Virus record (IMG/VR): IMGVR_UViG_3300020404_000006
Direction: 5' to 3' (one strand)
From: a virus
Length of the DNA stretch: 64,000 nt
In this document: piece after piece, positions 9,081 through 18,807 of the stretch
Position numbering within the stretch: the stretch's first letter is position 1
Layout: each line of letters begins with the position of its first letter
Made by a program: the position numbers and the translations under genes
The notes under the pieces: model-generated
Database searches by the model: none
Seen by the model: the letters and a program-made list of their open reading frames with translations, nothing else
What the model was told of the DNA's origin: nothing

Positions 9081-9284
9081 TGAAAAAAAGGGGGGAGGTT
9101 GGGTTCCTGTGTACCAACAAGAGGAGGGCATTTCTACAGTTTAGAATTACTCCTCTGCATGAGACCTACTTGGTTTGTAGTTCTACTGTTCCCAGCAGCG
9201 GGCACCACCCCTGTCTCATCACCTTAACCAGCTATATGCCAGTAAGTTTATTCAGTCACTCCCAGTAAGGTGATCAACCTTACA
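9081..9284 (-). ncRNA. Structured non-coding RNA, probably a manA-type cyanophage RNA motif
   Basis: GC-rich intergenic tract with nested stems (GTAAGGT/ACCTTAC, GAGAC/GTCTC, CTGCTGGG-AACAGTAG, GAGGAG/CTCCTC) ending in a U-tract. Lies between a consensus sigma70 promoter and a tRNA. Family name is from recall. Confidence 0.6.
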
Positions 9285-9289
9285 AAGTT

Positions 9290-9318
9290 ATTATAGTAGG
9301 ATCTGTGTAAGGTGTCAA
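9290..9318 (-). promoter_or_regulatory. Perfect sigma70 promoter TTGACA-17-TATAAT
   Basis: -35 at 9313-9318, -10 at 9290-9295, exactly 17-nt spacer. Confidence 0.85.
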
Positions 9319-10007
9319 CCCCCTTTCATAAATCCATTTTTTTGTAACCATTCCTTAGTCATAGGTGTGGGTGGGTAGACTTCCCACATGTTACCATTAG
9401 CACATGCTTTCAATGCTCTCATTGTCATACCCTCAGTTTTCCCTGCCCAAAATGCTTCTTTCTCCCAAGGAATTGCTTTTGGACTTGCAGCATAAGTTCT
9501 AGTGGCAATGTCTTGCCAGATCTGAGGAACCTTATCTTCATCCATGATAATAGCAATCATACTATTATCGATAGTCCCTGCCATACAATCTTGTGCAGCG
9601 TGCCATCCTTCATGTCGCATCACACTCATGAGTGCAGAAGGGCGACCCATATATGCTTTGTTCAAAAAGAAATTATTACCAACTGTGTGATATACTCCAC
9701 GATTTCCTACAGGAAAATATTTTTCATCTCCCAGATAAACTTTTACTCCGACATAATTAAGTGCCACCAACATCTCATGGAATTCCCTAGACACATGATC
9801 AAAATTCCTATTATAATTATCAGAAATATCTGCAATGGAGAATACTTCTTGGACACCCTCAGTACATTCTCGTAGCATCATACATCCCATTGCATCATTA
9901 GTGTACCATCCTTTAGTGATTTTACTTTCGATGGGTTTGGGTAATGAATGTGCTAGTACAGGGGCGCTCAATGCAAGACCAATACATGTAGCAATGAACT
10001 TTTTCAC
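9315..10007 (-). CDS. Exported protein with HExxH zinc-metallopeptidase motif
   Basis: Signal-peptide-like N-terminus MKKFIATCIGLALSAPVLA; RHEGWHAAQDC. Confidence 0.7.
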   Translation of the reverse strand: MKKFIATCIGLALSAPVLAHSLPKPIESKITKGWYTNDAMGCMMLRECTEGVQEVFSIADISDNYNRNFDHVSREFHEMLVALNYVGVKVYLGDEKYFPVGNRGVYHTVGNNFFLNKAYMGRPSALMSVMRHEGWHAAQDCMAGTIDNSMIAIIMDEDKVPQIWQDIATRTYAASPKAIPWEKEAFWAGKTEGMTMRALKACANGNMWEVYPPTPMTKEWLQKNGFMKGG

Positions 10008-10031
10008 GGATTACTCCCAAAATATACTCAT

Positions 10032-10070
10032 ATTATAACACAAAAAAAGACCCCTGCATGGCAGAGGCCT
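10032..10070 (-). terminator. Probable rho-independent terminator downstream of hsp20
   Basis: AGGCCTCTGC-CAT-GCAGGGGTCT stem followed by a T run on the minus strand. Confidence 0.55.
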
Positions 10071-10095
10071 CGATCCATCTCGAACTAAATTATAT

Positions 10096-10527
10096 TTATA
10101 GAAAGTCTTTTCGAGCATGATGCTCTGGTACTATTTTGCCCAGTTTAATTGTGAGAAGTCCATCTGCAAATTTTACATCCTTAACTGTAATGTCTTCTGA
10201 CAATGCCCAGGCTCTCTGGAAAGATCTCTGAGCCAAACCTCTGTGTAGGTACTCAGATTCTTCTTCGGTTTTCTCTTTCTTACCCTCTACAATAATCTTT
10301 CCGTACTCTGTGTAGACTTTAACCTCATCCTTACTGAATCCAGCAAGTGCAATCTCTAGTCTAGAATCTACATTGTTAATCTGTACAAGATTATAAGGTG
10401 GGTAATTAGTAGTGGAATCAAAATCGAAGAACTGGTTGAAGTAATCGTCCATACCAACGCTATTCTTCATGATCTTGTCAACTAGTGTTCCCAGATCCTG
10501 AGTATGATATCTTTGAATGTTTGTCAT
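10096..10527 (-). CDS. hsp20: Small heat shock protein Hsp20
   Basis: YPPYNL, LEIALAGF, YLHRGLAQRSF, FADGLLTIKL. Confidence 0.95.
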   Translation of the reverse strand: MTNIQRYHTQDLGTLVDKIMKNSVGMDDYFNQFFDFDSTTNYPPYNLVQINNVDSRLEIALAGFSKDEVKVYTEYGKIIVEGKKEKTEEESEYLHRGLAQRSFQRAWALSEDITVKDVKFADGLLTIKLGKIVPEHHARKDFL

Positions 10528-10594
10528 GTTTCTCCTTTTAAAGCGAGTTTAGTTGTGTCCCTTACGGCGACATTACTAATTATACAACGAGCAT

Positions 10595-10620
10595 AAAAAA
10601 AGAGGGTCGTGTAAACCCTC
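10595..10620 (-). terminator. Rho-independent terminator after regA
   Basis: GAGGGT-TTACACG-ACCCTC followed by T7 on the minus strand. Confidence 0.7.
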
Positions 10621-10640
10621 AGAGATCATAGTGATAACCG

Positions 10641-11102
10641 TCAGTCTGCCTTGACAAACGTGCTTTGTGACGATTGTACTACCTTTTTCTTCTTACCTAT
10701 ATTGTACTTAGTCTCTAAAGTCCAGTCTCCTTTATCCTTATAAGATAGAACTTTGATCTGATTCAGAGGAGCAACATCCACAATTTGTTCTGGTCTAAGA
10801 ATAGTAATCAATCCCCAATCTGATAACAGAGTGATGATTCTATTCCTACGTTGCACATCATTCATAGAAAGATTAGCGGACTTTCCATCCAATGCAAACA
10901 GTTCTTTGAAATGTACAATATAATATCTACCTTGCTTGTGCAGAATATGGCACGATTGATAAATCTTTTTTTCTTTGCGTGAAGCGACACCGATTCTCGT
11001 CAGAGTTTCTCTAACCTTCAAGAAATCATCTGGTTCGTTAAGTGTGACTTCGATCATCTGATCTTGTGACCAAGCAATCTCAGGTTCGGTAAACCCACTC
11101 AT
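10641..11102 (-). CDS. regA: Translational repressor RegA
   Basis: DDFLKVRETLTRIGVAS...QSCHILHKQGRYYIVHFKELF. Confidence 0.96.
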   Translation of the reverse strand: MSGFTEPEIAWSQDQMIEVTLNEPDDFLKVRETLTRIGVASRKEKKIYQSCHILHKQGRYYIVHFKELFALDGKSANLSMNDVQRRNRIITLLSDWGLITILRPEQIVDVAPLNQIKVLSYKDKGDWTLETKYNIGKKKKVVQSSQSTFVKAD

Positions 11103-11482
11103 CCTGTACCTCCAACGTCAATGCGTTTTTTAATAAAATTCAACTGCTCTTTGGTTAAGACTTTCAATGCTTGGATTGCTTTATCATTACTATAACCATA
11201 GTATTGTTTCACAACGTCAAGATCTTTGATCTTATCTTTGCGGAGCCAAGGAGAGAATCTCTTCTTCTTCCTGAGACTATTTAGATAAAAGTGATATTGA
11301 AGATCCTTTGATATGTGGTGATTCATGTTCATTTCATTAGCAAACATGACACAATCAATGTGTGCGGACATACATTTGTTAACAATAAACGGTGGATACT
11401 TCTTGATCGCTTCGGGATCATCCTCCGTAAGATCCTCTTTGGTGAGGTTTATGGAGTTCAACCAGTCTTTGAGTTCTTTCAT
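11099..11482 (-). CDS. 62: Clamp loader small subunit gp62
   Basis: YPPFIVNKCMS, RKKKRFSPW, VKQYYGYS; precedes regA. Confidence 0.92.
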   Translation of the reverse strand: MKELKDWLNSINLTKEDLTEDDPEAIKKYPPFIVNKCMSAHIDCVMFANEMNMNHHISKDLQYHFYLNSLRKKKRFSPWLRKDKIKDLDVVKQYYGYSNDKAIQALKVLTKEQLNFIKKRIDVGGTG

Positions 11483-12621
11483 CGTATAATATCAATATCG
11501 TCAGGGTTTTTGTTCCAAGTTTCCAACTTGGTTCTTAGTCTTCCGTCTTCTCTGAGCGCTTCGTAGCGACGAGAAGCTTTCTTTCTCCACCAAGAAACAA
11601 TCTGATCAACAGAGAACCTATCATAGTTTTCAGCTTTAACCAAAGTATCTTGCTCTCCCAAGATAACTTCTCGAGCATTCTTGAAACCATAGGTAGACAT
11701 ATAGAAACGTTTCTGTTCAGTCAGATCCTTGGCAGATTTGATCGCAGTGTTGAATGATTCTAGTTTATCTCTATCCTGTAAGGACTTTTTGATAACAGAA
11801 ATCATCTTTGTCTGGATCTTTAGTTTTCTACTAGAGGCATCTTCCTTCACTAAACATTTATTATTATTCCTTGCTGTAAACCATTTGTTTAAATCTTGGA
11901 AGATAGAGTCATGCAGTAGTGGAGTAAAGTCACTCACAGTTAGACCCTTGTATCTCATGTATGGTTTAAGTCCATCATACTGTGATGAGGATTTAGTAGA
12001 TCCATACAATGATGTAGTTTCAAACAAACAAATATCTGTATTGTATTTTGCGTTAAGTTCTTCTCTTGCTTGATGTGAACAACACAACATCGCTAAGAGT
12101 TTACCACCGAGGTAGTTAAAACCAAAAGGTTGAGTAGGTACAATGATGAAACCCATGATTGCATGGCGATTAAACCGACCCAAATCTGGTACATCACCCA
12201 ACCAATCATTCCTTGGTTTGGAATTGATGGTAGGAGAACCGAACCTTATGAATCCAATAACCTTTCCTGTGTTCTCTTCTTTGACAATCCACTTGAGTGA
12301 TTTGCCTGGAATAGAACTCTCAAAAGCATGAGACATTGTAATCTGCAATCTCTCATTGAAGAACTCATTGGTCAATCCACCATACTCTCCAGCACTGTAG
12401 ATCTTAATCTTCATATCAGAAGGGTGCATATCAAACTTACTGAAGAGATCATCCTCAGTCGCACCACCACCACCATCAAAGAAAGCTGATAGATCAGAGG
12501 GTTGTTCTGATATTCTGTCTAGTTTTACATTACGAAGATATTCATCGATCCTTCCTGTATTAGAAAAGTAATCAATGAATTTATCTGCTGCATATGCAGC
12601 TTCACTCTCAGTTAACATCAT
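11479..12621 (-). CDS. DUF4338-like (Druantia DruA-related) protein
   Basis: VIGFIRFGSP...FIIVPTQPFGFNYLGGKLLAMLCCS...LFETTSLYG...SQYDGLKP; family recognised from memory. Confidence 0.55.
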   Translation of the reverse strand: MMLTESEAAYAADKFIDYFSNTGRIDEYLRNVKLDRISEQPSDLSAFFDGGGGATEDDLFSKFDMHPSDMKIKIYSAGEYGGLTNEFFNERLQITMSHAFESSIPGKSLKWIVKEENTGKVIGFIRFGSPTINSKPRNDWLGDVPDLGRFNRHAIMGFIIVPTQPFGFNYLGGKLLAMLCCSHQAREELNAKYNTDICLFETTSLYGSTKSSSQYDGLKPYMRYKGLTVSDFTPLLHDSIFQDLNKWFTARNNNKCLVKEDASSRKLKIQTKMISVIKKSLQDRDKLESFNTAIKSAKDLTEQKRFYMSTYGFKNAREVILGEQDTLVKAENYDRFSVDQIVSWWRKKASRRYEALREDGRLRTKLETWNKNPDDIDIIR

Positions 12622-12866
12622 TGTATAACCATTTCATCCTGATAGAATCGTGGGCCTGGCATTGGAATCAATAGTTCTGGAGGTAGGATGTCTGGTATCT
12701 CTATCATAAGAGGGGCATCAAGAACTGTTTGAAGAGTCTCTGCCATTCTTCTAAATCCTGATCCCACATAGATCTGTCCTGCTACAACTGCTACAGTTGC
12801 AGTTCCCCAGAATATATAATAGAATCTAGACTTTACTTGTGCTCTAATTTTAGTTGTTTTGGTCAT
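12618..12866 (-). CDS. Small membrane protein
   Basis: Hydrophobic stretch YYIFWGTATVAVVAGQIYVG; ATGA overlaps. Confidence 0.6.
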   Translation of the reverse strand: MTKTTKIRAQVKSRFYYIFWGTATVAVVAGQIYVGSGFRRMAETLQTVLDAPLMIEIPDILPPELLIPMPGPRFYQDEMVIQ

Positions 12867-13810
12867 TTGAATTCACACTCCACCATAATTTCTGTTAGAC
12901 ATGCTAACAGGTTGATTTCTTGATCTGCTACGAAGGCAATTTGATACTGATACTTAGCAATAATGAGGACAGCAGCAGCAATGCTAGGACCTTCGAGGGA
13001 ATCAAAAAGAGCATCGTAGATACGACGCAAAAGTACAGAAGGATCATTATCCAAGTTATTGACAGCCCACTTACGAACCTCTTTAAAGTTCTTACCCTTA
13101 AGATTTTTGATAAGGTCATGAATGTTTACCTCAGAAAAATTAGCAAGAATAGATGAATCAATCTTACCACTTACAGAATGTCGTTGACACTCATTAAGAA
13201 CTCTTCTCCAATCAGGAAAGTGTTTATTGATTAATTCAGCGACGACTTTCTTGTCTGCTTCAATATGTTCTTTATCAAGGATCTCAACCAATCTTTTGAA
13301 GAACTGTGCTGCGATTGTTGCTTTATGTTTTCCAGAGATTCCAAACTCGATGACTGAACATCTTGAATGGAGGGGTTCGATGATTCTGTTCTTGAAGTTA
13401 CAGGTGAAGATGAATCGACAGTTCTTATAAAATGCCTCAATATTCGCCCGTAAGAGGAGTTGTACATCATGGGTTGTGTTGTCAGCCTCGTCAATAATGA
13501 TGACTTTGTGCTGTGCGTCCATGCCTTGAAGTGATACGGTCGAAGCAAAGTTCTTTGCTTGATTCCGTACCGTGTCAAGAAATCGTCCTTCATCGGATCC
13601 ATTGATGACATAATAATCAACTCCTAGTTCTGCACATAATGCTTTTGCAACTGTAGTCTTACCAATGCCAGGAGGTCCTGACAACAAAAGATTAGGGATC
13701 TCTCCCTTCTTGAGAAACTCTTTGAAAGTCTTCTTAGTAGTCTCTGGGAGTATACATTCATCAATAGTTTTTGGTCGATACTTCTCTACCCAAATGAATT
13801 CATCCCTCAT
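12863..13810 (-). CDS. 44: Clamp loader large subunit gp44
   Basis: WVEKYRP, SGPPGIGKTT, IIIDEAD, SRC motif. Confidence 0.97.
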   Translation of the reverse strand: MRDEFIWVEKYRPKTIDECILPETTKKTFKEFLKKGEIPNLLLSGPPGIGKTTVAKALCAELGVDYYVINGSDEGRFLDTVRNQAKNFASTVSLQGMDAQHKVIIIDEADNTTHDVQLLLRANIEAFYKNCRFIFTCNFKNRIIEPLHSRCSVIEFGISGKHKATIAAQFFKRLVEILDKEHIEADKKVVAELINKHFPDWRRVLNECQRHSVSGKIDSSILANFSEVNIHDLIKNLKGKNFKEVRKWAVNNLDNDPSVLLRRIYDALFDSLEGPSIAAAVLIIAKYQYQIAFVADQEINLLACLTEIMVECEFK

Positions 13811-14036
13811 TAGTTCCCCTCAAAAGCATTGCTGGTCTGACCAACTCAAGACATTTTTCGGCCGTGTTTAGACCTTTCATTTGTGCTACATAATCTTCCC
13901 AAGTTGCAAGATCAGTCTCTCCACTTAGGTTAGCAAGTAAATTGATCTCAGCAATCTTCCGAAGAGATTCCTCATCCATCAAACTGACGGTATATTTGAC
14001 GAACTCAAGAGCGAGTTCTTCCTTTCTTTTAGTCAT
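13800..14036 (-). CDS. Hypothetical protein
   Basis: Co-oriented ORF filling the gap; no motif. Confidence 0.55.
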   Translation of the reverse strand: MTKRKEELALEFVKYTVSLMDEESLRKIAEINLLANLSGETDLATWEDYVAQMKGLNTAEKCLELVRPAMLLRGTNEG

Positions 14037-14038
14037 AA

Positions 14039-14242
14039 TTAAATAAATCCTTTGGATTTTTTCTTTGGTTTGTCAATAACCTCAATAACTGGTGGGTCGA
14101 GAATCATATCTCTTTTGTTCCACCAGAATTCTTGGACTTCATCCCAAGATTCGACTACCTTGGAACGTCCATCCGTAAACACTATTCTATAGTGATGTCT
14201 GTCATATGGCAAGTCACTTGTCTGAGAAAAATGTTCTACCAC
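14039..14242 (-). CDS. Hypothetical protein
   Basis: FSQTSDLPYDRHHY...PPVIEVID; typical small cyanophage ORF. Confidence 0.65.
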   Translation of the reverse strand: MVEHFSQTSDLPYDRHHYRIVFTDGRSKVVESWDEVQEFWWNKRDMILDPPVIEVIDKPKKKSKGFI

Positions 14243-14370
14243 GTTTCCTCATGTGTATGAACCTTGCCTTCAATGTGATTGTGTTCGATCTCTTCGATAT
14301 GAAGATGCTCTAAAGCGTTTGCGATTCTTTCAAGTGAATCTGCAATTCTTTTGATGTCAATAGGATTCAT
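14236..14370 (-). CDS. His/Glu-rich peptide, 44 aa (not in ORF track)
   Basis: MNPIDIKRIADSLERIANALEHLHIEEIEHNHIEGKVHTHEETW. Confidence 0.6.
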   Translation of the reverse strand: MNPIDIKRIADSLERIANALEHLHIEEIEHNHIEGKVHTHEETW

Positions 14371-14377
14371 AATTTAG

Positions 14378-14911
14378 TCAAAGCCAATGCGGTTTTCTGG
14401 ATGGGTCACGAAGATAATTAGATGCAACCCAAGGCTTGGATGCGATATAACGTTTGTAAGCAGTGAGAGTGTCAATGCTTGTGTCATATTTAAACTCATC
14501 TGGTCCTGCAAATGCGTAATCTTGAACATAGTTGTAACATGTGATTGCTTCCTTTGAGAAACGATGAAAGATTTTCTTCGCTTCAAACAAAGTCTTGCGA
14601 CATCCATGTTCTTTACCGTAACGGTGAGTGTACTCTGTTGACAATGCACACCCATGTTGAATCAACCATGCTGTGTTGACCAGACTTCTGCCTGCCCATT
14701 GTGTACATGGATGATTGCGGAAAGCACCTTTACTTGTTTTGTATGGAGTGCCATCTTTCTTGTGTAGGAGATCATCACCCCAATCAAAATACCAATGTGA
14801 GAACACAATGGAAAGCATTTGACATGTTTCCAATGGCATCTTGACCACATGTTTGTCAGGTAATACCTGAGCAGACTTGCGTGGACAGTGATCAGTGACA
14901 AAGATGTTCAT
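14378..14911 (-). CDS. denV: Pyrimidine-dimer DNA glycosylase / endonuclease V-like protein
   Basis: MNIF...SAQVLPDKHVVKMPLETCQMLS, HPCTQWA. Confidence 0.75.
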   Translation of the reverse strand: MNIFVTDHCPRKSAQVLPDKHVVKMPLETCQMLSIVFSHWYFDWGDDLLHKKDGTPYKTSKGAFRNHPCTQWAGRSLVNTAWLIQHGCALSTEYTHRYGKEHGCRKTLFEAKKIFHRFSKEAITCYNYVQDYAFAGPDEFKYDTSIDTLTAYKRYIASKPWVASNYLRDPSRKPHWL

Positions 14912-15372
14912 TCTTCTAACCTCCAGCTCTTCCTCATTGTAACATAAGTTTCGCTTTTGGCAACAATATCTCTTACCTTCTTGAATATTCTCGCTGACTC
15001 TGCATATTTACTTGTCATATGATCTTCTTCTTGTGGTAATATTTCTTTCGTTCCTTTCTTATACTTTCTACCTGAGTTATGATTTGCATAACGTCTTGCT
15101 CTAGTAAATCCCATCTCTAGGAATTTACGACACATATCCATGCCAATAAAATCCTTACCATCCCTATAATCTAGGTACATGGCAAAGATTTTATTAGATG
15201 ATCTTACTGCTTCATCAGGAGTTTTGAATCTCCAATGAGCACATATATCGTTAGTATAAGGGCGTACCAGTAGTACTCCTTGTTCTCCCCTTCCAATGCG
15301 ATATAGCTTCCGAGTCTTTGCATTTGAAAAATCAAGACTCTTGTAATCGAGGTCATAATCAAATTCTTTCAT
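14908..15372 (-). CDS. DUF4385-like protein
   Basis: YRIGRGEQGVLLVRPY...HWRFKTP...DMCRKFLEMGFTRARRYANH. Confidence 0.7.
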   Translation of the reverse strand: MKEFDYDLDYKSLDFSNAKTRKLYRIGRGEQGVLLVRPYTNDICAHWRFKTPDEAVRSSNKIFAMYLDYRDGKDFIGMDMCRKFLEMGFTRARRYANHNSGRKYKKGTKEILPQEEDHMTSKYAESARIFKKVRDIVAKSETYVTMRKSWRLEE

Positions 15373-15390
15373 AATAAAATAGTAAGTTAA

Positions 15391-15558
15391 CTAAGCTCTT
15401 TTTCTTTTTTGCTTAATTGAAATTACGGATATAATTGCTGCGGTTGCAAAAACAACTGCTGCTGACGCAAGAAGATATGTGGGATCAAATACTACGTCGG
15501 GTTGTGGTTCCCATGTGCCTGGCAATGTGTAGACACTAGGGTGAGATGCAAAAAACAT
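15391..15558 (-). CDS. 55-aa membrane peptide (not in ORF track)
   Basis: MFFASHPSVYTLPGTWEPQPDVVFDPTYLLASAAVVFATAAIISVISIKQKRKRA: TM helix plus basic tail. Confidence 0.6.
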   Translation of the reverse strand: MFFASHPSVYTLPGTWEPQPDVVFDPTYLLASAAVVFATAAIISVISIKQKRKRA

Positions 15559-16233
15559 TAATCCTCCCAAGTTAGATCAGGTTCTAAAGCTATATAGTAA
15601 GTCAGATCGTATTCAGATGAGGTAAACTGTGACAAAAGTTTACGAGAGATCTTAACTTCATATGTGCCAGGCACAATCTTGATGTTTTCTACCTTGAAAT
15701 GTAATCCAAAAGTCTTAGTAGTTTCTCCTACAACGATAGAGAAATCATTAGATGTATCGTTCTTACGATCAGAAACAACCATCTTAATCTCATTACCATC
15801 ACCCACAACAGAAAGATCTGTTAGATGGTAGACCGCTGCAGCCTTTAGAAGACGATCAAGTTGAGAACTCTTAAGTGTAAACTCAACATCAACTGATGGA
15901 AGAGTAATTGATTTCTCAGGAGGAGAAACAATCACACTAGGATCAGCAAAGAAATACTTAGACTTCTGTTTGCCTTCTTTAATGTTGACAAAACTTTGTC
16001 CTGTGAAGTTTAGTTCTGGATCTTGGAAAAGACCTAGAGAGTTCAAGAACTGACTAAGATCATAAACACCAAACTCTTGAGGAATATCTTCGTCAATGTT
16101 TGCCTCTGCAAGAATGTTCTTCATTACAGAAATAGTTCTCAAGGACTTACCTTGCTTGAACAGGATAGACTGATTGATAGAAGCAAAGTTCTTCAACAGA
16201 TTGATAGTTCTATCGGAAAGTTTCATAGGGATC

Positions 16234-16250
<17 letters not shown>
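15558..16250 (-). CDS. 45: Sliding clamp gp45
   Basis: MKLSDRTINLLKNFASINQSI...FGVYDLSQFL...YYIALE; alternative start at 16226. Confidence 0.95.
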
Positions 16251-18728
<2,478 letters not shown>

Positions 18729-18734
18729 TGTTTG

Positions 18735-18805
18735 TTCTTGTCTATGTATACATTATAATGGAATGAGAGGTGGAATCAACCACCTCTGTGCCAGTTTGTC
18801 AACTG
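18735..18805 (-). promoter_or_regulatory. Early-type promoter module copy A (19-nt box + TTGATT-16-TATAAT + 14-nt leader box)
   Basis: CAGTTGACAAACTGGCACA at 18787-18805, -35 at 18774-18779, -10 at 18752-18757, TACATAGACAAGAA at 18735-18748; same layout as copy B. Confidence 0.75.
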
Positions 18806-18807
18806 GT

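Noticed and set aside
10528-10590. Possible RNA thermometer in the hsp20 leader
   Set aside because: The only hairpin (TGTCGCCGTAAGGACA) is weak and does not cover the AAGGAG Shine-Dalgarno; needs covariation data.
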